Positions 6,887 to 15,729 are shown, numbered from the stretch's first letter. The stretch: 32,000 bases of DNA from Schaalia odontolytica (GCF_005696695.1 NZ_CP040006.1:210001-242000); one strand, 5' to 3'. The notes: generated by a model from the letters alone, not told the origin. A program made the numbers and translations.

Positions 6887-7614
6887 CCGCCGCACACACT
6901 GCCGCTCACGCGTTGGCGCTCCTGCCTGCGGGCAAAGGCGACCCGACGTGGTTTGACAACCCGGCCCTCACCGAGAAGTTCGGTCCGGCAATCCTCGAGA
7001 CCCTCATGATGACGGGCCTCTCCACGCTCTTCGCGGTCATTATTGGAACGCTCCTCGGCCTCCTCCTCGTGCAGACCGGCAAGGGCGGCCTCACCCCGAA
7101 CAAGGGCGTGTACCAGGCCGTGTCCTTCGTCGTGAATATCGTGCGCTCCCTGCCCTTCATCATCGGCATCATCATGCTGATCCCGGTCACGAAGATGATC
7201 GTCGGCAAGTCCACGGGCTCGCTCGCGACCGTCGTGCCGCTCGTCATCCTCTCCGCGCCCTTCTTCGCGCGCCTCGTGGAGACGAACCTGTTGGCCGTCG
7301 ATCCCGGCAAGATCGAGGCCGCCCAGATGATGGGTGCCTCCAACCGTCAGATCCGCTGGGGTGTCCTCATTCGCGAGGCCATGCCGGCCCTCATCCAGTC
7401 CATCACGACCCTGGCGATCACCCTGATCGGCTACTCCGCGATGGCGGGTGCCGTCGGCGGCGGCGGCTTGGGCCAGATGGCCATCAACTATGGCTACAAC
7501 CGCTGGCAGGACGACGTCATGATCTCCACCGTCGTCGCCATCATCGTCATCGTGCAGATCATCCAGCTGATCGGCGACATCCTCTCGCGCCTGGTCGACC
7601 ACCGCGCGCGCTGA
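6883..7614 (+). CDS. metI: Methionine ABC transporter permease
   Basis: 243 aa, hydrophobic, with ATGA overlap to metN. It is an ABC permease and sits between metN and metQ. Confidence 0.85.
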   Translation: MTAAHTAAHALALLPAGKGDPTWFDNPALTEKFGPAILETLMMTGLSTLFAVIIGTLLGLLLVQTGKGGLTPNKGVYQAVSFVVNIVRSLPFIIGIIMLIPVTKMIVGKSTGSLATVVPLVILSAPFFARLVETNLLAVDPGKIEAAQMMGASNRQIRWGVLIREAMPALIQSITTLAITLIGYSAMAGAVGGGGLGQMAINYGYNRWQDDVMISTVVAIIVIVQIIQLIGDILSRLVDHRAR

Positions 7615-7685
7615 CAGACCCCGGTCAGGCCACCCCGGCCTCGGCCATCCATCCCATCCTGTACGCAGAAGAAAAGAGAAACACC

Positions 7686-8519
7686 ATGCGTCACCGCTCT
7701 CTCGCAGCTATCGGCCTGGCGGCCGTTGCCACCCTGGGCCTGGCGGCCTGCGGCGGCGGCTCCTCCTCCTCGGATGCTTCCGGCTCCTCCTCGGACGTCG
7801 TCACCCTGACCGTGGGCGCGACCCCCTCGCCCCACGCGAAGATCCTCACCTACATCAACGACAACCTGGCCGCGGACGCGGGCATCAAGCTCGACATCGT
7901 TGAGTACACCGACTACGTCCAGCCCAACACCGCACTGAACGACGGCGACCTGGACGCCAACTTCTACCAGACCGTTCCCTACCTGGAGAACGCGGAGAAG
8001 CAGTTCGGCTACAACTTCGAGGCCGGCGAGGGCATCCACCTCGAGCCCCTCGGCGTGTTCTCCAACAAGCACAAGTCCCTCGACGAGCTGCCCGACGGCG
8101 GCACGATCGGCATCATCTCCGACACGGCCAACCAGTCCCGCGCGCTCGAGCTCCTGGCCACCCAGGGCCTCGTTTCGATCCCCGAGGGCGGCGGCGACGT
8201 CAACATCAACACCGTCACCAAGCTGAAGAACTTCGACTTCCGCGAGGTCGAGGGCCCGCAGCTGGTCCGCTCGCTCGACGACTTCGACTACGCGGTCATC
8301 AACGGCAACTTCGCCCAGGAGGGTGGCAAGACCATCTCCGGTGACGCGCTCGTCGTCGAGTCCCCCGTGGACAACCCGGCCGTGAACGTCCTCGTGTGGA
8401 AGGGCGACTCCAAGAAGGCCGATGCCATCGCGAAGCTCGAGAAGCGCCTGCACTCCGATGAGGTGAAGCAGTACATCGAGAAGACCTGGTCGGACGGCTC
8501 GGTCATCCCGGCGTTCTGA
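7686..8519 (+). CDS. metQ: MetQ/NlpA-family methionine-binding lipoprotein
   Basis: 277 aa. It has a signal peptide with lipobox LGLAAC. NlpA-family sequence is present (TLTVGATPSPHAKIL...DANFYQTVPYLE...). Confidence 0.9.
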   Translation: MRHRSLAAIGLAAVATLGLAACGGGSSSSDASGSSSDVVTLTVGATPSPHAKILTYINDNLAADAGIKLDIVEYTDYVQPNTALNDGDLDANFYQTVPYLENAEKQFGYNFEAGEGIHLEPLGVFSNKHKSLDELPDGGTIGIISDTANQSRALELLATQGLVSIPEGGGDVNINTVTKLKNFDFREVEGPQLVRSLDDFDYAVINGNFAQEGGKTISGDALVVESPVDNPAVNVLVWKGDSKKADAIAKLEKRLHSDEVKQYIEKTWSDGSVIPAF

Positions 8520-8588
8520 TCCACGAGGCCGGGGCGCGCTGGCGCCGAGGCTGACGGAACGCGTGGCCGACAGGCTCGCATAGAAAAC

Positions 8589-8626
8589 GGGTGGGCCCCG
8601 GAACCTTAGGGTTCCGGGGCCCACCC
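8589..8626. terminator. Bidirectional hairpin terminator between metQ and yagU
   Basis: A perfect 17-bp stem GGGTGGGCCCCGGAACC / GGTTCCGGGGCCCACCC with loop TTAG. An A-tract lies upstream on the plus strand, which gives a T-tract after the hairpin for the minus-strand gene. Confidence 0.75.
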
Positions 8627-8647
8627 GTGCGTCCGCGCAAGCGGCGA

Positions 8648-9202
8648 TCAGTTGGTGCGAGACTCGAGCGGGAACTCGGCGTCCGGCTCGTGCGTGATGC
8701 GGTTACGCATGTCGCGGCGGAAGACTTCGATGACCCACAGCCAGATGATGTGTCCGAAGAACTCGGAGAAGTGCTCCGCGAAGGGCTGGTTCCAGGGCGC
8801 CGGGACGGTGCCCATCAGCGGCATGAGGACGACGTGGAAGGCCACGTAGACGAAGATGCCGAAGGCGGCACCCTGCCAGAGCTTGATCTGGGGGAAGCGC
8901 TCGGCCAGCAGACAGTAGATGAGCGCGAAGGCGATCGAGAACGAGAAGTGGACGATGAAGGAGACCCAGGGGAGTCCTTCGTTACCGTTGAAGGTGTAGG
9001 ACAGGTGGGTGACGCTCTCCGGGAGGCCCAGCTGCTGGAGCAGCTCCTGGGGCGGGTTGGTGGCGTTACGCTCGGGCGTACGCGGAGGCAGCGGCACCTC
9101 CCAGCCGAACTTCACGATGGCGGAGACGATACCGCCGAGAACACCTGCGATTGCTGCGACGCCGTAGCGGCGGCGCTTGGGATTGGTCTGAATCAGTGCC
9201 AT
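8648..9202 (-). CDS. yagU: YagU-family inner membrane protein (DUF1440)
   Basis: 184 aa. RRRYGVAAIAGVLGGIVSAIVKFGWEVPLPPRTP, FPQIKLWQG and FGHIIWLWVIEVFRRDMRNRITHEPDAEFPLE closely parallel E. coli YagU as I recall it. Confidence 0.85.
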   Translation of the reverse strand: MALIQTNPKRRRYGVAAIAGVLGGIVSAIVKFGWEVPLPPRTPERNATNPPQELLQQLGLPESVTHLSYTFNGNEGLPWVSFIVHFSFSIAFALIYCLLAERFPQIKLWQGAAFGIFVYVAFHVVLMPLMGTVPAPWNQPFAEHFSEFFGHIIWLWVIEVFRRDMRNRITHEPDAEFPLESRTN

Positions 9203-9342
9203 GTGACAAGCATGAAACGTGCGCAGGGTATTTTCGAGGCCTTGGGGTGCTTAGCGCTCAAGGTCACACGTGGGTGTGATCAGGGAAAATGGGCTAAAAA
9301 TAGCCAATGTGGTTAATTTGCGCCTTTATTGTTGAGTAAATG

Positions 9343-9384
9343 CGAGGGGTGGGCGCGGGACTTTCATCCCGCGCCCATCCCTCG
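9343..9384 (-). terminator. Hairpin terminator downstream of upp
   Basis: An 18-bp stem CGAGGGGTGGGCGCGGGA / TCCCGCGCCCATCCCTCG with one non-Watson-Crick position and loop CTTTCA. A T/A-rich tract follows on the minus strand. Confidence 0.6.
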
Positions 9385-9443
9385 TGTGGCGTTAACTGCG
9401 TCGCATCCCCCGGCGCTACGATGTGCGAGGGGCGCGTGCCTCG

Positions 9444-10082
9444 TCAGTCGATGATGCCGTACAGGCGGTCGCCCGCGTCGCCCAGGCCGGGGACGATGTA
9501 CGACTTCTCGTTGAGGTGATCGTCAACGGCGGCGACAACGACGTTCACGTCGGCGCGATCGCCGATCGCGTCCTCAAGGGTCTTGATGCCCTCCGGAGCG
9601 GCCAGGATGCACACGCAGGTGACGTCCTTTGCGCCGCGCTCGAAGAGGTAGTTGGTGGCGGCGACCATGGTGTGGCCGGTGGCCAGCATCGGGTCCAGCA
9701 CGAAGCACTGGCGGCCCGACAGGTCATCCGGCAGGCGGTTCGCGTAGGTCTCGATCTCCAGGGTGTCGTCGTCGCGGCGCATGCCCAGGAAGCCAACCTC
9801 GGCGGTGGGCAGCATGCGGGTCATGCCCTCGAGCATGCCCAGACCCGCGCGCAGGACGGGGACCACGATCGGGCGAGGCTCGGAGAGCTTCAGGCCGACG
9901 GTGGGAGCGACCGGGGTCTGGATGGGGGTCTCGGTGACAGCCACTTCGCGCGTCGCCTCGTAGGCGAGCAGGGTGACCAGTTCGTCCACGAGCTGGCGGA
10001 ACGTCGCCGACGGCGTTTCGCGATCGCGCAGGACGGTGAGCTTATGGGTGATCAGGGGGTGATTAGCAACGTGGAGGCGCAT
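9444..10082 (-). CDS. upp: Uracil phosphoribosyltransferase
   Basis: 212 aa. It begins [13 protein letters not shown], has the PRPP-binding loop [12 protein letters not shown], and ends [14 protein letters not shown]. Confidence 0.95.
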   Translation of the reverse strand: MRLHVANHPLITHKLTVLRDRETPSATFRQLVDELVTLLAYEATREVAVTETPIQTPVAPTVGLKLSEPRPIVVPVLRAGLGMLEGMTRMLPTAEVGFLGMRRDDDTLEIETYANRLPDDLSGRQCFVLDPMLATGHTMVAATNYLFERGAKDVTCVCILAAPEGIKTLEDAIGDRADVNVVVAAVDDHLNEKSYIVPGLGDAGDRLYGIID

Positions 10083-10295
10083 GGTTATAGGCTACCTTGT
10101 TCGTCCGTTGGCGCGCATCCAGTGCGTTGAAGACGAGGTCGGGGTCTCCTCGGCGCTTCCGCTGCGCCGGTCGGCGGCCCGGATCGGCAGTGTGTCGGGC
10201 CTCGTGTCAAACTCATTCGTCACACGAGCATCATGAGTCACTGTGGACTCCAACTACCCCAACAGTGATTTGGCCGGTAAGCTAGGAGGGTGACC

Positions 10296-11645
10296 GTGAA
10301 TGAGCAGTACCGCGAAGCAATGGGCAAGGCCCTCTTCCTGGCCAACCGCGCCCGCGAAACGGGAGACGTCCCCGTCGGAGCCGTCGTCGTCGACGAAAAC
10401 GGCCGCATCATCGGACGCGGGTGGAACTGCCGCGAAGCTCACCATGATCCCGCAGGTCACGCCGAAATCGTCGCCCTGCGCGAGGCCGGCCGTGCCAGGG
10501 GTACCTGGCGCCTGACGGGCTGCACGCTCATCGTCACCCTTGAGCCCTGCACGATGTGTGCGGGCGCGATTCTCGCCTCCCGCATCGACCGCGTCGTCTT
10601 CGGCGCCTGGGACCCCAAGGCCGGTGCCGCCGGATCCCTGCGCGATGTCCTGCGCGACGCCCGCATGCCCCACCCGACCGAGGTCATCGGCGGCGTCCTC
10701 GCCCAAGAGGCCGCCATGCAGCTGCGATCCTTCTTCCTCGGCTGCCGCACGCCCGACGAAATGCCCGTCGTCCAGGCTCCCGTTCACGAGCCCAGCGACC
10801 TGGTCGCGCCCATCGTCGTCCCCTACGAGGAGGATGAGGCCCCCGAGCAGGTCCACGAGGAAGCTCCCTGTGAGGAAGCCGCCCACGGTGAGGGCGTTCC
10901 CGCGCAGCTCGTTACCCCCGAGGCGCCGGCCGCTCCTGCCGTCCCCGCTCCTTCCGACGAAAACCCCCGCTCTGGAGCCTTCCCCGTGCCTCCCCAGCAC
11001 GGTCGGGTCAGCCACCGTGGCGCCGAGGCCTCGCCCCTGCCTCGTCGAGCAGGACGCCCGTTCTCGGAGCGCGTCTCCGGTAATGCCGACAACCCCGCCG
11101 ACATCCCCGTGGGCGAGTCGATCGGGCCCGCTGCCCCCGTCTCGCAGCCGCCCTACCGCAGCGCCGCACCCGTTCTGCCGGCGGTCTCGCCGAGCACGAC
11201 GCGCGGTCCCATCACGCGCTCCGTCCCCCAGATTCGCCCCGTCCACGTGCGCCCCTCCGCGTCCGTGCCCGAAGGCCTCTACACGCCCGCGCAGCCCGGC
11301 CGCCCCGTGGCTCAGCCGCTGCGCGATAGCGCGCCCCGGCCTCGTCCTGCGGAGCCCGTCGCCGCACCCGCGCCCACGGAACCGCCGGCCCCCGTCGTGC
11401 AGGCCGCACCCGCACCCGTCGAAGAGCAGCCGGCACCGATCCCCGCGCCGCCCGCGTTCCCGCAGCGCGCCTCGTCGCGCCAGAGCGCGCGCCCGCAGCG
11501 CCCCCTCCCGCAGGCCTTCGAGCCCGAGCCCGCGCGCCGCGTCGACTACGAGCTGTCCCCGCGCCAGTTCAACGACGTCGACCCCATCACCTCCGGTATC
11601 CGCGTGCGCCGCTCCGCCCGCCGCCGTGGCAATGCTCGTCACTGA
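10296..11645 (+). CDS. tadA: tRNA-specific adenosine deaminase TadA with a ~300-aa Pro/Ala-rich C-terminal extension
   Basis: The N-terminal ~150 aa carry the deaminase zinc motifs HAEIVALREAG and PCTMCAGAI. The same frame continues without a stop for ~300 low-complexity Pro-rich codons with G/C-rich third positions. GTG 10296 lies 6 nt after AGGAGG; the track start at 10290 abuts the SD. Confidence 0.8.
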   Translation: MNEQYREAMGKALFLANRARETGDVPVGAVVVDENGRIIGRGWNCREAHHDPAGHAEIVALREAGRARGTWRLTGCTLIVTLEPCTMCAGAILASRIDRVVFGAWDPKAGAAGSLRDVLRDARMPHPTEVIGGVLAQEAAMQLRSFFLGCRTPDEMPVVQAPVHEPSDLVAPIVVPYEEDEAPEQVHEEAPCEEAAHGEGVPAQLVTPEAPAAPAVPAPSDENPRSGAFPVPPQHGRVSHRGAEASPLPRRAGRPFSERVSGNADNPADIPVGESIGPAAPVSQPPYRSAAPVLPAVSPSTTRGPITRSVPQIRPVHVRPSASVPEGLYTPAQPGRPVAQPLRDSAPRPRPAEPVAAPAPTEPPAPVVQAAPAPVEEQPAPIPAPPAFPQRASSRQSARPQRPLPQAFEPEPARRVDYELSPRQFNDVDPITSGIRVRRSARRRGNARH

Positions 11646-12138
11646 CATGATCCCGGCACGCGTCATCACGGTCTCGGACCGCTGCTCTGCCGGCCTCGCC
11701 GAGGACCTCTCCGGGCCCCTCGCCGCGCGTCTCCTCGCCGATCACGGCGTCGACGCCTCGGTCGTGATCGTCCCCGACGAGGTCGACGCCATTCGCGCCG
11801 CGATCACTGCTGCCGTGGAGGACGGCGCCCGCTTCGTCTTCACGACCGGCGGCACCGGCATCTCTCCCCGCGACGTCACCCCCGAGGCCACCGAGCCGCT
11901 CCTCGTCACCCGCATTGACGGCCTCGCCGACGCGATTCGCCGCCGCGGCGAGGAAAAGGTCGCGTCCGCCGCCCTGTCGCGAGGCCTCGTCGGCGTGACC
12001 GCGCGTTCCCCCGAGGGAGCCCTCGTCGTCAACGCGCCCGGCTCGCGCGGCGGCGTCACCGATACGGTGGCCGTCATCGGCTCTCTCGTCGCCCACATCG
12101 TCGACCAGCTCGCGGGCGGAGATCACCCGCGCTCCTAA
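11632..12138 (+). CDS. mogA: Molybdopterin adenylyltransferase MogA/MoaB-family protein
   Basis: This is the C-terminal 168 aa of track ORF 10540..12138: MLVTDMIPARVITVSDR...FTTGGTGISPRDVTPEAT...NAPGSRGGV. The canonical GGTG..RD.TPEA motif is present. An alternative start at ATG 11647 lies 2 nt after the tadA stop. Confidence 0.85.
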   Translation: MLVTDMIPARVITVSDRCSAGLAEDLSGPLAARLLADHGVDASVVIVPDEVDAIRAAITAAVEDGARFVFTTGGTGISPRDVTPEATEPLLVTRIDGLADAIRRRGEEKVASAALSRGLVGVTARSPEGALVVNAPGSRGGVTDTVAVIGSLVAHIVDQLAGGDHPRS

Positions 12139-12159
12139 AAGCCTGCGATAGCAACGAAA

Positions 12160-12191
12160 AGGCCGCCCGGCAGATGTACTGCGGGCGGCCT
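12160..12191. terminator. Bidirectional hairpin terminator between mogA and moaC
   Basis: AGGCCGCCCGGCAG-atgta-CTGCGGGCGGCCT forms a 13-bp stem with one bulged G. An A-tract precedes it on the plus strand, giving a T-tract after the hairpin on the minus strand. Confidence 0.75.
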
Positions 12192-12208
12192 CCTCGTACA
12201 GTGGGGCG

Positions 12209-12691
12209 TCAGTCCTGCGGATCCTCCGGGCGCACCCAGTCGCCGCTGCGTCCGCCCGACTTCGCCACGATCTTCGCCTCGCGGATGCGGGCGGAGCGAT
12301 CCACCCCCTTGACCATGTCGACGATTGCGAGAGCCGCCACCGTCACCGAAGTCAACGCCTCCATCTCCACGCCCGTGCGGTCGGCCGTGCGCACGGTCGC
12401 ACGGATCGCCACGTGGTCCTCCTCCAGGCTCAGGTCCACCGCGCAGCCGTGCACGCCGATCGTGTGCGCGAGGGGCAGCAGCTCGGGGACGCGCTTCGCC
12501 GCCGAAATGCCGGCCACGCGCGCCACCGCCAGGACGTCGCCCTTCGGGACGGTGCCGTCACGCAGGGCCTGCATGACCTCGGGTGAGCAATCCACGCGGC
12601 ACACGGCGCTCGCCTGGCGCACCGTCGGATTCTTCGCGGTCACGTCCACCATGTAGGCGGCGCCGTCCTCGTTCAGATGCGTAAATTTCAC
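12209..12691 (-). CDS. moaC: Cyclic pyranopterin monophosphate synthase MoaC
   Basis: This is the C-terminal 160 aa of track ORF 12209..13192: VKFTHLNEDGAAYMVDVTAK...LPLAHTIGVHG...TGVEMEALTSVTVAALAIVDMVK. The GTG at 12691 is preceded by AAGGAGAGG. Confidence 0.9.
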   Translation of the reverse strand: MKFTHLNEDGAAYMVDVTAKNPTVRQASAVCRVDCSPEVMQALRDGTVPKGDVLAVARVAGISAAKRVPELLPLAHTIGVHGCAVDLSLEEDHVAIRATVRTADRTGVEMEALTSVTVAALAIVDMVKGVDRSARIREAKIVAKSGGRSGDWVRPEDPQD

Positions 12692-12725
12692 GGTTTTCCT
12701 CTCCTTAATTCTCTCCATGGTGGGG

Positions 12726-14003
12726 TTAGCCCACGAGTGGGACGACCGCCAGCTCCTGGCCGGCCTCGACCTGCTCGATGTCTGGGGCGACCACGCCGAT
12801 CGCCTCCGCGTTCGCGAGCGAGGCCACCAGGTGCGACTTCGACCCCAGGGGGTGTACCGGCTCCACCCAGCGGGCCCCGGCCTCGTCCCCCTTTCCGGAG
12901 ACGAAGCGAAGTGGGATGAACTGCGTCTTTCCGGGCGGGCAGTCCCAGCCCACGTGCGCGCGGGCGATGACGCCGCTGGGGACCGTTCCGCCGTGCTCCG
13001 GGGCGACGAGGCCGGACATGACCGCCAGCGCGCCCGCGACGTACATGTGGAACGTCGTAAAGACCGAGACCGGGTTGCCGGGCAGGCAGATGACCGGCGT
13101 TTCGCGGCCACCCGTGCCCACCTGCGTCGAGCCCACGCCCTGCGGGCCGCCCGGCTGCTGGGCGACGTGGTGGAAGCCCGCGTCCGTGCCAAGCGTCAGG
13201 CGCACAACCTCGAAGGCGCCCGCCGAAATGCCGCCGGCCGTGAGGACCAGGTCGGCCTCCGGGGCCTTATCGAGGGCCGCGCGCAGCTCGGCCGGGGTGT
13301 CCCCCGTGCGCAGGTGCGCGACGACGCGTCCGCCGGCCTCCTCGACGAGGCCGCGCAGCAGGATGCCGTTCGAATCGGGAATCTGCCCGCGCTCGAGGGC
13401 CTCGCCGGCGCGCTTGAGCTCCGTGCCTGTCGAGACGACGATGACGCGCGGGCGGGGCAGAACCGTGAGGGTGCCGTGGCCGACCGAGGCGGCGGCCGAC
13501 AGGGCCGTCCCGTCTAGGATGTGGCCCGCCTCCAGGACCGGGGAGCCCGCCTCGAGGGCCTCGCCCGCCACGCGCACATTCGTGCCCTGCTTCGGGGCGA
13601 CGCGGATCTCGACGGTGTCGGGCGCCTGAGCGATGCCCGCCGCGTGGTCCGTGTCCTCGACTTTCACGACAGTGTCCGCGCCTTTGGGGATCGGCGCGCC
13701 CGTCATGATGCGCCAGGCCTGCCCCCGCTCGAGGCGATTCTCGCGGGTGTCGCCCGCCGGAATGTCGCCCGCGACGGGCAGAGTCCACGGGCCCTCGCCC
13801 TCCAGGTCCTCGCGGCACACCGCAAACCCGTCCATCGCGGAGTTCGTAAACGGAGGGAGGGGAATCAGCGAGGAAACGTCGACCGCCAGGCGGCGCCCCA
13901 AGCATTCCTCGACGGGAAGCGTCTCGTGGGGGAGGACGTGGCTGAGTGCCAGCGCCTCGATCAGCTCGCGATGCTGCGCGGTAGACAGAGCGGGATCGTG
14001 CAT
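12726..14003 (-). CDS. moeA: Molybdopterin molybdotransferase MoeA
   Basis: 425 aa from MHDPALSTAQHRELIEAL (ATG at 14003-14001) within track ORF 12726..14342. Motifs PPFTNSAMDGFAV and GGISAGAFEVV are present. The upstream 113 codons of the ORF are low-complexity leader sequence. Confidence 0.9.
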   Translation of the reverse strand: MHDPALSTAQHRELIEALALSHVLPHETLPVEECLGRRLAVDVSSLIPLPPFTNSAMDGFAVCREDLEGEGPWTLPVAGDIPAGDTRENRLERGQAWRIMTGAPIPKGADTVVKVEDTDHAAGIAQAPDTVEIRVAPKQGTNVRVAGEALEAGSPVLEAGHILDGTALSAAASVGHGTLTVLPRPRVIVVSTGTELKRAGEALERGQIPDSNGILLRGLVEEAGGRVVAHLRTGDTPAELRAALDKAPEADLVLTAGGISAGAFEVVRLTLGTDAGFHHVAQQPGGPQGVGSTQVGTGGRETPVICLPGNPVSVFTTFHMYVAGALAVMSGLVAPEHGGTVPSGVIARAHVGWDCPPGKTQFIPLRFVSGKGDEAGARWVEPVHPLGSKSHLVASLANAEAIGVVAPDIEQVEAGQELAVVPLVG

Positions 14004-14441
14004 GTCACCAGTGTAGGGCCAGGTGGGGTGGGGCAGGCGTGTGGGGGCGTTTGCTCGGCGCTCGCTCGACGAGGCGTGGGTCGGGTTGTGTGGTTGGGGT
14101 GCGTTTGGGCTGTGCGTCCGTGGATGTCGGGGGAATTGCACTACATGAGGGTTCGACACGCCGGCGACACGCCGTTGGAAGGCCTCGTGTAGTGCAAAAC
14201 CCCCACGCGCGTGGCCTGGTGGGCCGTTGCTGGGGTGAATGTGGCTGTGGCCGCCACCAACAGGTGCAATGAACTGGTTTCGCACTGCCGGGGTGGTGGC
14301 TGCATGATCCTCGCTCGATGACGCTGATTGGGTGGCGGCCACTGTCTCCTTTCTCTCAACGACGAGGCAGGGGCCGCGTCATGCCGTTCGAGCTTGTTTT
14401 TCGAGGGGCGAACACAGGGCAAATCGCGGTAGGGTTGCGCC

Positions 14442-15506
14442 ATGTCTGTCGAGTTCGTTTCCGCCTCTCAGGGGGCAGATGCGGTGGCGTGTGACGCGCC
14501 GCTGCGGCTCGTCGACACCTTCGGGCGTGTGGCCCGAGACCTGCGTGTCTCGCTCACCGACCGCTGCAACCTGCGCTGTTCCTACTGCATGCCCCCCGAA
14601 GGCCTGGACTGGCTGCCCACCGAGGAAACCCTGACGGACGACGAGGTCGTGCGCCTCGTGCGCGTCGGCGTCGAGCGGCTCGGGATCCGCCAAGTCCGCT
14701 TCACCGGCGGAGAACCCCTCCTGCGCCGAGGCCTCGAGGGGATCATCGAAGCGTGCTCCCACCTGCGCACTGACGAGGGAAACCCCCTTGACCTGGCCCT
14801 CACGACGAATGCGCTCGGCCTGGCCAAGCGCGCCCAGGGCCTGAAGGATGCGGGCCTGAACCGCGTCAATATTTCGCTTGATTCGCTGGACCCCGAGCAC
14901 TTTGCGGCGATCACCCGCCGCGACCGTCTTGGCGACGTCCTGGAGGGCATCGAGGCCGCCGCCCGCGCGGGCCTGAGTCCCATCAAGGTCAACGCCCTCG
15001 TCCTGCGCGGCATGAACGAGGCGGACCTGCCCGACCTGGTCGACTACTGCCTGGACCGGGGCATCGAGCTGCGCGTCATCGAGCAGATGCCGATCGGCCC
15101 GCCGGACACGTGGGATCGTCAGAACATCATGACGGCCGACGAGATACTGCACATCATGAGCACCCGCCACACGCTGACCCCCGCGCCCCGCGAGGATCCG
15201 CATTCGCCGGCGGGACGCTGGATCGTGGACGGTGACCCCGCGAAGCGGCTCGGAGTTATCGCCTCCGTGTCCGATCCCTTCTGTAGCGCGTGCGACCGCA
15301 CCCGCCTGACCTCGGACGGCATGGTGCGATCCTGCCTGTTCTCCACCGAGGAGACCTCACTGCGCGACCTGCTGCGCGGCGACGGGGACGACGCTCAGAT
15401 TGCCGCCCGGTGGGCCGACGCGATGTGGGCCAAGCCGGCCGCACACGGGCTCAATATCGACACCTTTGCTCGCGCGTCGCGCACCATGAGCCGTATTGGC
15501 GGGTAA
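14442..15506 (+). CDS. moaA: GTP 3',8-cyclase MoaA (radical SAM)
   Basis: 354 aa. It has the CNLRCSYC radical-SAM cluster motif, the C-terminal CSACDRTRLTSDGMVRSCLF second-cluster motif, and a C-terminal GG. Confidence 0.95.
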   Translation: MSVEFVSASQGADAVACDAPLRLVDTFGRVARDLRVSLTDRCNLRCSYCMPPEGLDWLPTEETLTDDEVVRLVRVGVERLGIRQVRFTGGEPLLRRGLEGIIEACSHLRTDEGNPLDLALTTNALGLAKRAQGLKDAGLNRVNISLDSLDPEHFAAITRRDRLGDVLEGIEAAARAGLSPIKVNALVLRGMNEADLPDLVDYCLDRGIELRVIEQMPIGPPDTWDRQNIMTADEILHIMSTRHTLTPAPREDPHSPAGRWIVDGDPAKRLGVIASVSDPFCSACDRTRLTSDGMVRSCLFSTEETSLRDLLRGDGDDAQIAARWADAMWAKPAAHGLNIDTFARASRTMSRIGG

Positions 15507-15575
15507 TCCCCACTAATTTCGTGACGCCGATGTTTTCTAACAGCGGTCAATTGCTTGTTTGTTCACGGGAGGAAT

Positions 15576-15596
15576 GTCCCTGGCGAGGGGACTTTT
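15576..15596 (+). terminator. Weak candidate terminator after moaA
   Basis: GTCCCT-ggcg-AGGGGAC forms a short 5-6 bp stem followed by TTTT. It could instead be a regulatory inverted repeat in the narK promoter region. Confidence 0.3.
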
Positions 15597-15729
15597 CATA
15601 GCGTTTACAAGGGTGATGCACGTCCCAATGAGTTCGTGTGGGTTACGTCATTTCAATTGGTAGCCTCCGTGTTAAAGAATGTCCGGCGCATGCCCGCGCT
15701 CGGACGTCCCTTTCGACCCGAGGAGAGCC

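Noticed and set aside
10254-11669. 471-aa minus-strand ORF, and the N-terminal ~365 codons of the 532-aa plus-strand ORF 10540-12138, both overlapping the tadA tail.
   Set aside because: All three frames are open because of Pro-codon-rich, GC-rich sequence. Only the tadA frame shows G/C concentrated at the third position and continuity with a real domain. Only the last 168 codons of the 532-aa ORF (mogA) look like a genuine protein.
14010-14045. Possible G-quadruplex (GGGGTGGGGCAGGCGTGTGGGGG) in the moeA-moaA spacer.
   Set aside because: There are only three strong G-runs, one loop is longer than 7 nt, and no clear fourth run lies nearby. G-runs are common at this base composition.
15637-15652. 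CRP/FNR-like site TGTGGGTTACGTCATT upstream of narK.
   Set aside because: Only 7 of 10 consensus half-site positions (TGTGA-N6-TCACA) match, and the right half is poor. This is insufficient without comparative support.
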